Shown here piece by piece: positions 9,305 to 19,195 of a DNA stretch of 62,265 nt (positions are counted from its first letter, which is position 1; each line of letters starts with the position of its first letter). The stretch covers positions 1 to 62,265 of the IMG/VR virus record IMGVR_UViG_3300042291_000296; one strand, given 5' to 3'. The DNA comes from a virus. Taxonomy: Duplodnaviria > Caudoviricetes. A program made the translations under genes and the position numbers. The notes beneath the pieces are model-generated. The model ran no database searches. It was not told the DNA's origin and saw only the letters and a list, made by a program, of their open reading frames with translations.

Positions 9305-9860
9305 GGGTGGCGTTTGGTTTGCTAGTGCTAAAGACTACGATGTAAATGTTGTAGGGGTGCGCAACCTGAAGTCAGGTAAAAAGGTCACCAACGAGTTTGA
9401 TGACACGTTAACCTTATCGTATAAAATCAACGGTGTTTGGCAGTACCATGAGTGGAAAATCACGACTGACCCAGGCAAAAAACCAACCGAAGTATTGAGG
9501 CATCCAAAGGGAGTGGCTAGACTAAAGCCAGGTCAGTACAGAGGTGTTTATGCTGTAAGTATGCACAACGGTAAGTATGAGGCTCTATGTCAACGATTAG
9601 GCAATGTCACGGTATATAGGGACAATAACAAGGACACTGTATATGATGAGAAGGTGACAGAGACAGGTGCTTTTGGTATCAACATCCATCGATCATCTAT
9701 ATACAAAGACCCTACTTACGTGGACTACTTTTCAGAGGGCTGTCAAGTATTTCGATACAACTCAAATTTTATCGAGTTCATGAAGATTATAAACAAGGCT
9801 AAGTCAGCATTTGGTAATAAGTTTACCTATACATTAATTGAATCAACAGATATTAAATAA
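9261..9860 (+). CDS. Putative endolysin, YkuD/L,D-peptidase-like
   Basis: GINIH-x14-SEGCQV His/Cys motif, TTDPG and LKPGQY; adjacent to the holin. Confidence 0.7.
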   Translation: MNYTREQIEIAVKSKGGVWFASAKDYDVNVVGVRNLKSGKKVTNEFDDTLTLSYKINGVWQYHEWKITTDPGKKPTEVLRHPKGVARLKPGQYRGVYAVSMHNGKYEALCQRLGNVTVYRDNNKDTVYDEKVTETGAFGINIHRSSIYKDPTYVDYFSEGCQVFRYNSNFIEFMKIINKAKSAFGNKFTYTLIESTDIK

Positions 9861-9877
9861 TTTTAAATATATGTTTT

Positions 9878-10030
9878 ATGAGATTTATAAATAATTGGCC
9901 AATGAATGTGTTTGGAATTTTTTATTTTAGATTGGTATTAGGACCCATTAAGTTTATATCTTTAGATATAGATATTTATAGAAAATTTTATTCATTTACT
10001 TTTCTTAACTTTACAGTTAGAAACAGATGA
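9878..10030 (+). CDS. Small hydrophobic protein (50 aa)
   Basis: Translated by hand: MRFINNW...FYSFTFLNFTVRNR; ATGA-coupled to the next ORF. Confidence 0.55.
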   Translation: MRFINNWPMNVFGIFYFRLVLGPIKFISLDIDIYRKFYSFTFLNFTVRNR

Positions 10031-10161
10031 AGAAACAATCAGAGGTTAGGACAATGGTGAAAAGGTTTATTAGTAGACCTGGAATTCACGCTAAAACAAA
10101 GACATCTAAGATGAAGTCATCTAAGAACTATAAGAAACAATATAAAGGTCAAGGAAAATGA
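10027..10161 (+). CDS. Small basic protein ending YKGQGK (44 aa)
   Basis: Translated by hand: RPGIHAKTKTSKMKSSKNYKKQYKGQGK, a motif recalled from many phage small proteins; ATGA overlaps on both sides. Confidence 0.7.
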   Translation: MKKQSEVRTMVKRFISRPGIHAKTKTSKMKSSKNYKKQYKGQGK

Positions 10162-10565
10162 AAGTACAAAACTATAGCATAGTTGCTCCAAGTATAAACG
10201 ACACTGTCTTTGGTACAGCAAATGGCGACACGGTCAATTTTAATGTCCAAAGCCTTTTAGCGTTAAATTCAGTTCCATTGATAAACTCTACTGCAACCTT
10301 AACTGCGGCTACTATATCAAGCACAAACACATACTTTACATCAGCGACTCCTGGGGCTAATTTTGCAATAACAATGCCAACGGCTAGCTCATCAATCAAC
10401 GGTGCTAAGTACGTTATTATGTCTACAGCTACACGTCTAGTTACAACATGGATCACTCCTGGAGCAGTAGGTATATTAGGTATAGCACCTCCTACATTGT
10501 CAGCAAATACACCTATTTGTCTTCAGTACGACAATGCTACTACTGCATGGTATATATCTATGTAA
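10158..10565 (+). CDS. Small structural/fiber-associated protein
   Basis: T/A-rich beta protein; AITMPTAS..NGAKYVI...LQYDNATTAWY. Confidence 0.6.
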   Translation: MKVQNYSIVAPSINDTVFGTANGDTVNFNVQSLLALNSVPLINSTATLTAATISSTNTYFTSATPGANFAITMPTASSSINGAKYVIMSTATRLVTTWITPGAVGILGIAPPTLSANTPICLQYDNATTAWYISM

Positions 10566-10577
10566 CGAATTTTTACT

Positions 10578-10609
10578 ATATTTGTAACAAATTAAATTAA
10601 ATAAAATGG
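10578..10609 (+). promoter_or_regulatory. Promoter/leader, identical copy 1
   Basis: TATATTTG box plus a 29-nt TTTGTAACAAATTAAATTAAATAAAATGG identical to 16554-16582. Confidence 0.7.
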
Positions 10610-10851
10610 AAGATAAAAAAATCTCAGACGAAGAGTTAGATAAACTTAGGTCTTTAAACCAGTCTTACAAGGACTTAAAATTTCAAATAGCTGACATCGA
10701 GGTAACATTCTCTCGTTTAAAGAGTCAGAAAATCTCTACTATCGCTAATCTAGAAACATCTGCGTATGATCTTTCATCTTTTCAGGATGAACTGATTGCA
10801 AAGTACGGTGCAGATATCAAGATTAATCTTCAAACAGGTGAATATAATTAG
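10606..10851 (+). CDS. Small coiled-coil protein
   Basis: Heptad pattern; ends KYGADIKINLQTGEY. Confidence 0.65.
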   Translation: MEDKKISDEELDKLRSLNQSYKDLKFQIADIEVTFSRLKSQKISTIANLETSAYDLSSFQDELIAKYGADIKINLQTGEYN

Positions 10852-11059
10852 AAAAATATCTATAGGTCCAGACTACATGAAGTGCATGCACTACGTGGTT
10901 GGGCAGGAGGTCTTAGATAGGACGTATAGAATTGAGTCTATACTTTCAGAAAAGGACGGGTCTATATGTATATGGATAATTAAGGATGGAGAGATAATAA
11001 AATGGAAGCAGTTCTCTAGTACAATGCCAATTTCAATAGAATTTAAAATTGATTTTTAA
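10838..11059 (+). CDS. Conserved hypothetical phage protein
   Basis: IIRKISIGPDY..MHYVVGQ...WKQF...MPISIEF; GTG start inferred. Confidence 0.65.
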   Translation: MNIIRKISIGPDYMKCMHYVVGQEVLDRTYRIESILSEKDGSICIWIIKDGEIIKWKQFSSTMPISIEFKIDF

Positions 11060-11619
11060 TGAAGTCACCCTACTGTTTTATCATCAAGCCATTTGATGGG
11101 AGACGGTATGACAACTTAAGGACGTATGGTGACATAAGCTTCATCATAAGTTCTTCTCAAGACGATCATACTGTGTCTAATAGATTCGCTATAGTTGAGT
11201 CTGTGCCTATATACTATGACGGACCTGTACTACCAGGAGACCTAGTAGTTGTTCACCATAACGTGTTTAAGTTTTACCATGACATGAAGGGCAGACAGAA
11301 GTCTAGCTGGCACCATCTTATTGATGACTATTTTATTATTGAGCCAGAACAGATGTACTTATATAAGCGAGGCACTGAAGACTGGAAGGCTACACCACCA
11401 TTTCTATTTATAAAGCCAATCGACTCTGAGGATAAGATGTTTACAAATCTAGGCAGGTTTGAAGAACTTTGGGGTGAGATAGTATACAAGAACGATGACT
11501 TCACTTCGGCAGAGGTGGGGGATGTGGTGTCATTCACACCAGAGAGCGAGTACGAATTCAAGATAGATGGAGAGGTTCTTTACAGGATGTTTAATAAGAA
11601 CATATGTCTAAAAAAATAG
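11059..11619 (+). CDS. Tandem GroES-like domain protein
   Basis: Two repeats of F-I-I/K-P ... (A/G)-x-V ... (P/V)GD-x-V; second ends EFKIDGEVLYRM. Confidence 0.55.
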   Translation: MKSPYCFIIKPFDGRRYDNLRTYGDISFIISSSQDDHTVSNRFAIVESVPIYYDGPVLPGDLVVVHHNVFKFYHDMKGRQKSSWHHLIDDYFIIEPEQMYLYKRGTEDWKATPPFLFIKPIDSEDKMFTNLGRFEELWGEIVYKNDDFTSAEVGDVVSFTPESEYEFKIDGEVLYRMFNKNICLKK

Positions 11620-11879
11620 AGATACTAGAGGCTGGTAAGGCGGCAATTGATGAGCTTATAAAGGTGCTTAAGTCTCCTATAATAACTCACGCTGAGGACG
11701 ATCTATCGGCAGATAAGTTGAAGAATGCTGCTGCGTCAAAGAGGTTAGCATTTGAGGATGCACTGTCTATGTTGTATAAGATAGAGGAGGAGGAGAACAG
11801 AGAGAATGACGTTCCAGTAAAGGACATAAGCATGCAGGGGTTTGCCGAGGGAAGGGCTAAGATAAAGAATGGAAAATAG
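11604..11879 (+). CDS. Probable terminase small subunit
   Basis: Helical 91-aa protein immediately upstream of and overlapping terL. Confidence 0.5.
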   Translation: MSKKIEILEAGKAAIDELIKVLKSPIITHAEDDLSADKLKNAAASKRLAFEDALSMLYKIEEEENRENDVPVKDISMQGFAEGRAKIKNGK

Positions 11880-14091
11880 ACTATATAGTATAATCACAGA
11901 CTGCATCCCAAAGGGTGTAGTATCTACAAAGAACAAGTTCAAGACTTGGGCTTACGGATACAATAGTGACTACGATGTAATAGTTATATCTAAGGATGGT
12001 ACCATAGGTGAAATATATGAAGTAAACAGCATAAGGATTGCACTACCACCAGCACCAGCAGAAGTTGATGACAAAAATAATAGATGGTCCCCACACGAGT
12101 ACGACAAAGACTTATTAAGAATAAAGACAATATTTGACTGGAATAGGAGAGATAATAAATTTAAGTCTCAGTACATAGACTATATAGAGAGAGAGTTTGA
12201 CAGACGTGATTCTGGGTATTGGTTTATGAACAACAACAAGAAGACATACATAACGGGTACACACTACATGTACCTACAGTGGACAAAGATAGATGTAGGT
12301 CTGCCAGACTTTCGTGAATCAAACAGGATATTTTACATATTTTGGGAGGCTTGCAAGGCTGACGATAGGGCGTTTGGTATATGCTACTTAAAGAATAGAC
12401 GTTCTGGATTTTCATTCATGTCTTCTGGAGAGGTGTGCAATACTGGCACGATTGTTCGTGACTCTAGGATAGGCATACTATCTAAAACTGGTAATGATGC
12501 CAAGAAGATGTTTACCGATAAGGTGGTCCCAATAGTTAGAAACTATCCGTTCTTCTTTAAGCCTGTGCAGGATGGTATGGACAACCCAAAGACAGAGCTA
12601 TCATTTAGAGTTCCAGCCAGCAAAATTACAAGAAAAAATATTGACGAGGAGAAGAACAACGACATTGACGGACTAGACACTACTATTGACTGGAAGAATA
12701 CAGCTGACAATAGCTATGACGGTGAAAAGTTACTGCTGCTTGTTCATGACGAATCTGGCAAGTGGCTTAAGCCTGAAAATATTTTAAATAACTGGCGAGT
12801 TACCAAGACGTGTCTACGATTGGGTAGCAGAATTATAGGCAAGTGTATGATGGGTTCAACGTCTAACGCACTTTCTAAGGGTGGTGATAACTTCAAGAAA
12901 CTTTATAACGATAGCGACCCTAAAAATAGATCTGCAAATGGTCAAACAAAGAGCGGTCTGTACTCATTATTCATTCCAATGGAGTGGAACTATGAGGGCT
13001 ATATTGATGAATTTGGATGGCCTGTACTGGAAGATCCATCTAAGGCAGTAGTAGGAATAGACGGAAACAAGATACAAAATAGCGTTATAACATATTGGAA
13101 CAACGAGGTGTCATCATTGAAGTCTGACGCTGACGCACTAAATGAATTTTATAGACAATTTCCTAGAACGGAGTCTCATGCTTTTAGAGATGAGTCCAAG
13201 CAGTCTATCTTCAATTTGACTAAGATATATCAACAGATAGACTACAATGACTCTTTGATAAAGGAGAGATTCCTTACTAGGGGGTACTTCCACTGGTTAA
13301 ATGGTGAGAAAGATTCAAAGGTGGTGTGGACTCCAGATCCAAAGGGACGATTCAATGTATCTTGGGTACCAGAGGTATCTCTAAGAAATAATGTGATAAC
13401 TAGGAACGGTAAGAAATACCCAGGCAATGAGGGTATGGGGGCATTTGGGTGTGACCCATACGACATATCTGGAGTAGTTGGTGGTGGTGGATCTAATGGT
13501 GCACTTCACGGTATGACAAAGTTTCATATGAATAATGGTCCGACTAACGAATTCTTTTTAGAGTATGTTGCCAGACCACAAACAGCAGAGATATTCTTTG
13601 AGGATGTCTTAATGGCTTGTATTTTTTATGGCATGCCCATACTGGCAGAAAATAATAAGGCTAGACTATTGTATCATTTTAAGAATAGGGGATACAGGGG
13701 ATACTCAATGAACAGGCCAGATAAACACCTTAACAAGCTATCTAAGACAGAGTTAGAGATAGGTGGGATACCCAACTCATCTGAGGACGTAAAGCAGGCT
13801 CACGCATCATCTATTGAGTCTTATATTGAGGAGTATGTTGGACTAGATACAGAGGGTACGTATAGAGATTCGAGCAATATGGGGTCTATGTATTTTACAA
13901 GAACACTTGAGGATTGGGCAAGATTTGATGTTAATAATAGAACTAATTTTGATGCATCAATTAGCTCTGGTTTAGCCATAATGGCGACACGAAGGTATAT
14001 GTTTGTGCCAGAGTCTAAAGAATCAAAAATAAGTATTAAATTTGTAACATACGATAATCGTGGAACAAGAAGCGAAATTATAAAAAAATAA
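11869..14091 (+). CDS. terL: Terminase large subunit
   Basis: KNRRSGFS Walker A variant, LLVHDESGKW Walker B, MGST coupling motif, GCDPYD nuclease motif. Confidence 0.93.
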   Translation: MENRLYSIITDCIPKGVVSTKNKFKTWAYGYNSDYDVIVISKDGTIGEIYEVNSIRIALPPAPAEVDDKNNRWSPHEYDKDLLRIKTIFDWNRRDNKFKSQYIDYIEREFDRRDSGYWFMNNNKKTYITGTHYMYLQWTKIDVGLPDFRESNRIFYIFWEACKADDRAFGICYLKNRRSGFSFMSSGEVCNTGTIVRDSRIGILSKTGNDAKKMFTDKVVPIVRNYPFFFKPVQDGMDNPKTELSFRVPASKITRKNIDEEKNNDIDGLDTTIDWKNTADNSYDGEKLLLLVHDESGKWLKPENILNNWRVTKTCLRLGSRIIGKCMMGSTSNALSKGGDNFKKLYNDSDPKNRSANGQTKSGLYSLFIPMEWNYEGYIDEFGWPVLEDPSKAVVGIDGNKIQNSVITYWNNEVSSLKSDADALNEFYRQFPRTESHAFRDESKQSIFNLTKIYQQIDYNDSLIKERFLTRGYFHWLNGEKDSKVVWTPDPKGRFNVSWVPEVSLRNNVITRNGKKYPGNEGMGAFGCDPYDISGVVGGGGSNGALHGMTKFHMNNGPTNEFFLEYVARPQTAEIFFEDVLMACIFYGMPILAENNKARLLYHFKNRGYRGYSMNRPDKHLNKLSKTELEIGGIPNSSEDVKQAHASSIESYIEEYVGLDTEGTYRDSSNMGSMYFTRTLEDWARFDVNNRTNFDASISSGLAIMATRRYMFVPESKESKISIKFVTYDNRGTRSEIIKK

Positions 14092-16520
14092 TGGATAAAT
14101 CACCAGTTATAATCAATCAATACCCGTTTCCAAATCAAATGGCATCTGAGGAAGAGAAGTCTACTGAAAAATACGGGTTAAATGTTGGCAAGGCCATAGA
14201 GGGCGAATGGTTTAAAAGAAGGAATAATTCCTGTAGGTTTTACGACCAACGGGGAGAGTTTAATAGACTTAGACTATACGCTAGGGGTGAGCAGCCTATA
14301 CAGAAGTACAAGGACGAGTTATCTATAAATGGAGACATGTCTATGTTAAATCTAGACTGGACCCCCATACCCATCATACCCAAGTTTGTAGATATCGTAG
14401 TTAACGGTATGTCAGACAGACTGTTTGAAATAAGGGCTGAGTCTCAAGATGTTATGTCTGCTGAGAAGAAGAACATATTTCAAGATATGATTGAGTCTGA
14501 CATGGTAGCAAAAGATTTTTTGACTCTTACCAAGGAACAGTTTGGTATAGATGCATTTAATGTTGATCCAGAGGAATTGCCAGAGAATGATGAGGAATTG
14601 TCATTGTATATGCAGTTAAAGTATAAGCCAAGCATAGAAATAGCACAAGAGGTTGCAATCGATACACTTCTTAAGATGAATGATTATTCGGAAACAAGAA
14701 AGCTAGTAGATTATGACTTGACTACTATTGGTATAGCGTGTGTTAAACATTCGTTCTTACCAAATGATGGAGTTAATATTGAGTACGTAGACCCAGCCAA
14801 TTTGATACATAGCTATACAGATAAGGCTGACTTTTCTGATTGTTATTATTTTGGTGAGGCAAAGCAGGTACACTACACTGAATTATTAAAGATAAATCCA
14901 AACTTAACGGATGAAGAATTAACGGAAATTAAAAATGCTGGTTCAGCTTGGACTAGTTATTTTCCTATAATTAGAAGTTATCAAGATGATGCCTTTCAAA
15001 ATGAAGTTGTTACGTTGTTATACTTTAACTATAAAACGTCTAAGCACTTTGTATGGAAAAAGAAGATACTAGAAAATGGTGGTGAAAAGGTAATAAGAAA
15101 GGACGAGTCATTTAATCCTCCAATTGAGGAGGGTATGATGTTCGAGAAGGTTGAGGCAGTAAGAGACGTGTGGTATGATGGCATACTTGTAGCTGGTTCA
15201 AACCTTTTATTAAAGTGGGAGTTGATGCGTAACATGGTTCGTCCTAAGTCTGCAACGCAGATGGCACTACCAAATTACGTATTGCATGCACCTAGAATGT
15301 ATAAGGGTATGAAGGAGTCTCTAGTTAGACGAATGATCCCATTTGCTGATCAGATACAATTGACTCACCTTAAGCTTCAGCAGGTAATGGCTAGAGTTGT
15401 TCCTGATGGGGTATTTATTGATGCAGATGGTATCAACGAGGTTGACTTGGGTACTGGTGCAGCATACAATCCAGAGGACGCACTCAAGTTGTACTTCCAG
15501 ACGGGTAGTGTTATTGGTAGAAGTTATACACAAGATGGTGACTTTAATAACGCAAGAATTCCTATTCAAGAGTTAAACTCAAATAGCGGTCAAGCAAAAA
15601 TGGGTGCACTTATTAATAACTACAACCACTATCTAAACATGATTAGAGATGTGACGGGCATTAATGAGGCTAGAGATGGAACGTCACCTCATCCAGATGC
15701 ATTAGTTGGTGTACAGAAGTTAGCTGCTATGAATTCTAATGTAGCTACTAGACACATACTAGAGGCTGGTCTTAACATCACCAAGCGTTTGGCTACATGT
15801 ATATCAATCAGGGTTGCGGACATACTAGAGTATTCTGATTTTGCTGAAGAGTTTGCTATGCAAATTGGCAAGTATAATGTTTCTATAATAAACGATGTAA
15901 AAGATTTATATTTACATGACTTCGGAATATTTATAGAGTTATCTCCAGATGAAGAGCAAAGAGCAAACCTAGAGACCAACATACAGATAGCGTTACAACA
16001 ACAGACAATTGACCTAGAGGATGCAATTGACATACGAAATATCAAGAACATTAAGCTTGGCAATGAGTTGCTAAAGGTTAAGAGACGTAAACGAATGGAG
16101 AAGCAGCAGCAGGACAAGCAGATGGAATACCAGATGCAAATGCAGACAAACATGCAGACTCAACAGGCAGCAGCAGAACAAAAGGCTCAATTGTTTCAAA
16201 TGGAATCTCAATCTAAGATCCAGATTAAGCAGGCAGAGGCTGAGTATGCTATACAGCAGTTGAGAGCAGAGGCTGATCTAAAGAAGGAGTTAATGGCAAT
16301 AGAGTTTGACTATAACATGCAACTAAGGGGCATGGAGTCAGATCAATTAATGAGTAGAGAGAAAGAGAAAGAAAAGGCAAAGGATAACAGGATTGACTTA
16401 CAGGCAACTAGACAGTCAGACCTTATTAACCAAAGAAAAAATAATCTTCCGCCTTTAAACTTTGAGAGTAATGAGGATTCACTTGACGGATTTGACTTAG
16501 AATCATTTAGTCCTAGATAA
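14091..16520 (+). CDS. Portal protein
   Basis: 809 aa directly after terL; PIIPKFVDIVV, RDVTGINEARDG, Q-rich C-terminal coiled coil. Confidence 0.9.
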   Translation: MDKSPVIINQYPFPNQMASEEEKSTEKYGLNVGKAIEGEWFKRRNNSCRFYDQRGEFNRLRLYARGEQPIQKYKDELSINGDMSMLNLDWTPIPIIPKFVDIVVNGMSDRLFEIRAESQDVMSAEKKNIFQDMIESDMVAKDFLTLTKEQFGIDAFNVDPEELPENDEELSLYMQLKYKPSIEIAQEVAIDTLLKMNDYSETRKLVDYDLTTIGIACVKHSFLPNDGVNIEYVDPANLIHSYTDKADFSDCYYFGEAKQVHYTELLKINPNLTDEELTEIKNAGSAWTSYFPIIRSYQDDAFQNEVVTLLYFNYKTSKHFVWKKKILENGGEKVIRKDESFNPPIEEGMMFEKVEAVRDVWYDGILVAGSNLLLKWELMRNMVRPKSATQMALPNYVLHAPRMYKGMKESLVRRMIPFADQIQLTHLKLQQVMARVVPDGVFIDADGINEVDLGTGAAYNPEDALKLYFQTGSVIGRSYTQDGDFNNARIPIQELNSNSGQAKMGALINNYNHYLNMIRDVTGINEARDGTSPHPDALVGVQKLAAMNSNVATRHILEAGLNITKRLATCISIRVADILEYSDFAEEFAMQIGKYNVSIINDVKDLYLHDFGIFIELSPDEEQRANLETNIQIALQQQTIDLEDAIDIRNIKNIKLGNELLKVKRRKRMEKQQQDKQMEYQMQMQTNMQTQQAAAEQKAQLFQMESQSKIQIKQAEAEYAIQQLRAEADLKKELMAIEFDYNMQLRGMESDQLMSREKEKEKAKDNRIDLQATRQSDLINQRKNNLPPLNFESNEDSLDGFDLESFSPR

Positions 16521-16550
16521 TTATAAAAAATAAAAATAAAAAAAAGTTAT

Positions 16551-16582
16551 AACTTTGTAACAAATTAAATTAAATAAAATGG
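16551..16582 (+). promoter_or_regulatory. Promoter/leader, identical copy 2
   Basis: TAACTTTG box plus a 29-nt identity with 10581-10609. Confidence 0.7.
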
Positions 16583-17670
16583 GAGAAGAATTTAAAGTAA
16601 GAGCAGTAGAGTTTGAGGAAAAGGGTGTAGCAGAAATTGAGGATCAATTGCTAAAGGAGCATGATGAGAAAGTAAATGGAACACCTGCCCCTAGCAATAC
16701 AGAGAATATAGAGTTTTCTACATCGGTAGGAGAGAACATTTCTGAAGATCTAGATGATAATAGAGTTCTTTCATATCTTGGGAAAAGATGGAATCGAGAG
16801 ATTACATCGTTAGATGAATTGGCAGACCAACGTAGGGATAACGAAGAGTTACCTGAAGATGTGTCTACCTTTTTAAAGTATAAAAAAGAAACAGGACGAA
16901 GTATCCAAGACTTTATTCAATTGAGTAAAGACTATGATACTGAAGAACCAAATTCTTTGTTGTTTGAATATTATAAGAGTCAAAATGCAGATTTAGACGC
17001 TGAAGATATTAAGTTTGATATAGAAAGTAATTTTTCATATGATTCAGATTATGATGATGAAAAAGATATCAAGAAAAAACAAATAGCAAAGAAAAAAGAG
17101 CTTGCTAAAGCTAAGAAGTATTTCAACGAAATGAAAGAACAGTACAAGGTTCCACTTGAGTCAAGGGAGTCTTTTGTTCCACAAGAAGAGAAAGATGCTT
17201 ATAATGCTTACAAGAAAAATAGAGAGTCTTCCTCACTTAACGATGAAGAGCAACAGAAGAGGTCTAGGTATTTCTCTGACAAAACAAATGAATTATTTTC
17301 AGATAAATTCGAAGGTTTCGGGTTTAATATTTCTGAGAACAAGAAGTTAGTTTATAAGCCAGCAGAACCAAAAACCTTATTGCAAGAACAAGCTAATTTA
17401 AGTGGCTTCATTTCGAAGTTCTTAAATGATGATGGATATCTTGCAGATGCTGAAGCCTTTCACCGTGCTATTTCTGTAGCCTCAAATCCAGAAAAGTTTG
17501 CTAAGTTCTTTTATGAGCAAGGCAAATCAGAAGCAATTGATGGTGTATCTAGGGAATCAAAGAATATTGACATGACTAGACAAACACCTCAAAACGCTCC
17601 TAGTACTGGAATGCAGGTTAGAGTTTTAGATCAAGAACGTGGAAGCCGATTAGTAATAAAAAAACGTTAA
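16579..17670 (+). CDS. Capsid scaffolding protein
   Basis: Acidic helical protein between portal and MCP; FAKFFYEQGKSEA motif. Confidence 0.75.
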   Translation: MGEEFKVRAVEFEEKGVAEIEDQLLKEHDEKVNGTPAPSNTENIEFSTSVGENISEDLDDNRVLSYLGKRWNREITSLDELADQRRDNEELPEDVSTFLKYKKETGRSIQDFIQLSKDYDTEEPNSLLFEYYKSQNADLDAEDIKFDIESNFSYDSDYDDEKDIKKKQIAKKKELAKAKKYFNEMKEQYKVPLESRESFVPQEEKDAYNAYKKNRESSSLNDEEQQKRSRYFSDKTNELFSDKFEGFGFNISENKKLVYKPAEPKTLLQEQANLSGFISKFLNDDGYLADAEAFHRAISVASNPEKFAKFFYEQGKSEAIDGVSRESKNIDMTRQTPQNAPSTGMQVRVLDQERGSRLVIKKR

Positions 17671-17692
17671 ACAATTTAAAAACTAAAAAAAA

Positions 17693-19126
17693 ATGGCTGG
17701 TACATTATCAACGAGCCCAGGTGTACAAATTACACCTAGCTCAGTAAAGGCAACATTGCCTACAAACTACATTACAAACTTTGATTTCTTAAGTCAGTAT
17801 CTTCCTGATACATACGAGCAAGAATTCGAACGTTACGGTAATAGATCAATTGCATCTTTCTTACGTATGGTAGGTGCAGAACTTCCTTCTAACTCTGACA
17901 TGATCAAGTGGGCAGAACAAGGTCGTTTACATACAAAATATACAGGTGTAACTTTTGGAGTTGAAGCAGCTGGTGTTCAAACATTTACATTGGCTGTTAC
18001 TGTTCCAGCTACTGTTTGTAACTTCCGTGTAGGACAAACTGTTTTCCTTTCTTCAGAAAGCATCTCTTCAGAATCACAAAAAGCTTTAATAACTGCTGTT
18101 GGAACAAGTTCATTTACGGTTGCTTATTATGAGAACTTATTAGCAGCTCCTTTTACCGCTGCTACTACAGTAACTGTATTTGTTTATGGTTCTGAGTTTT
18201 CTAAGGGGACTGGTGGTATGTTAGGATCTAATGAAGCTCAAGATGAATTCTTTAGTAACAAGCCAATTATCATTAAGGACAAGTACATTGTATCTGGTTC
18301 AGATATGGCACAAGTTGGATGGGTTGAAGTAACTACTGAAAATGGTGCTGCTGGATACTTATGGTACATTAAGTCAGAGCATGAGACTCGTCTTCGTTTT
18401 GAAGATTACTTAGAGATGGCTATGGTTGAGGGTGTTCCTGCTGCTGCATCATCTGCTGCTTTATCACAATTATCTCCTGCTGGCTCATCTGCTCCTGGTT
18501 CAGGTGCTGGATCAACAGCTGCTGGTACAGAGGGTATGTTCAATGCTATTGAAACTCGTGGTAACGTTTGGTCTGGTGGTACCCCATCTTCATTGGGTGA
18601 CTTTGATACAATTGTACAACGTCTTGACAAGCAAGGAGCTATCGCTGAAAATGCATTGTTCTTAAATCGTCAGTTCTCTTTTGATATTGATGACATGTTA
18701 GCTGCTCAAAACTCTTACGGAGCTGGTGGAACTTCTTACGGATTGTTCGACAACTCAGAAGAGATGGCACTTAACTTAGGTTTCTCTGGATTCCGAAGAG
18801 GTTATGAGTTTTACAAGACTGACTGGAAATACTTAAACGATGCTACCCTTCGAGGTGGTTTAGTTGGAGGTGTCGTAAATGGCGTATTGGTTCCAGCTGG
18901 AACAATGAGCGTATACGATCAAGTGTTAGGTAAAAATGCTCGTAGACCATTCTTACACGTTCGTTACCGTGCTTCAGAGACTGAAGACAGACGTTACAAG
19001 ACTTGGATCACAGGTTCAGCAGGTGGTGCACAAACAAGTGACTTAGATGCAATGGAGGTTAACTTCTTGTCTGAAAGAGCTTTATGTACATTAGGTGCAA
19101 ACAACTTCTTCATCTTTAAGGGATAA
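17693..19126 (+). CDS. Major capsid protein
   Basis: 477 aa, strongly biased codon use, QYLPDTYEQEFERYGNR and WAEQGRLH, followed by a terminator. Confidence 0.88.
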   Translation: MAGTLSTSPGVQITPSSVKATLPTNYITNFDFLSQYLPDTYEQEFERYGNRSIASFLRMVGAELPSNSDMIKWAEQGRLHTKYTGVTFGVEAAGVQTFTLAVTVPATVCNFRVGQTVFLSSESISSESQKALITAVGTSSFTVAYYENLLAAPFTAATTVTVFVYGSEFSKGTGGMLGSNEAQDEFFSNKPIIIKDKYIVSGSDMAQVGWVEVTTENGAAGYLWYIKSEHETRLRFEDYLEMAMVEGVPAAASSAALSQLSPAGSSAPGSGAGSTAAGTEGMFNAIETRGNVWSGGTPSSLGDFDTIVQRLDKQGAIAENALFLNRQFSFDIDDMLAAQNSYGAGGTSYGLFDNSEEMALNLGFSGFRRGYEFYKTDWKYLNDATLRGGLVGGVVNGVLVPAGTMSVYDQVLGKNARRPFLHVRYRASETEDRRYKTWITGSAGGAQTSDLDAMEVNFLSERALCTLGANNFFIFKG

Positions 19127-19138
19127 GAATAATTGATA

Positions 19139-19171
19139 TAGAGGGGGGCACAGTGTCTCCCTCTTTATTTT
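19139..19171 (+). terminator. Rho-independent terminator after MCP
   Basis: GAGGGGGGCAC-ag-TGTCTCCCTC hairpin followed by a T-rich tail. Confidence 0.7.
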
Positions 19172-19195
19172 AAATTTTAATTTAAATTATATAAA

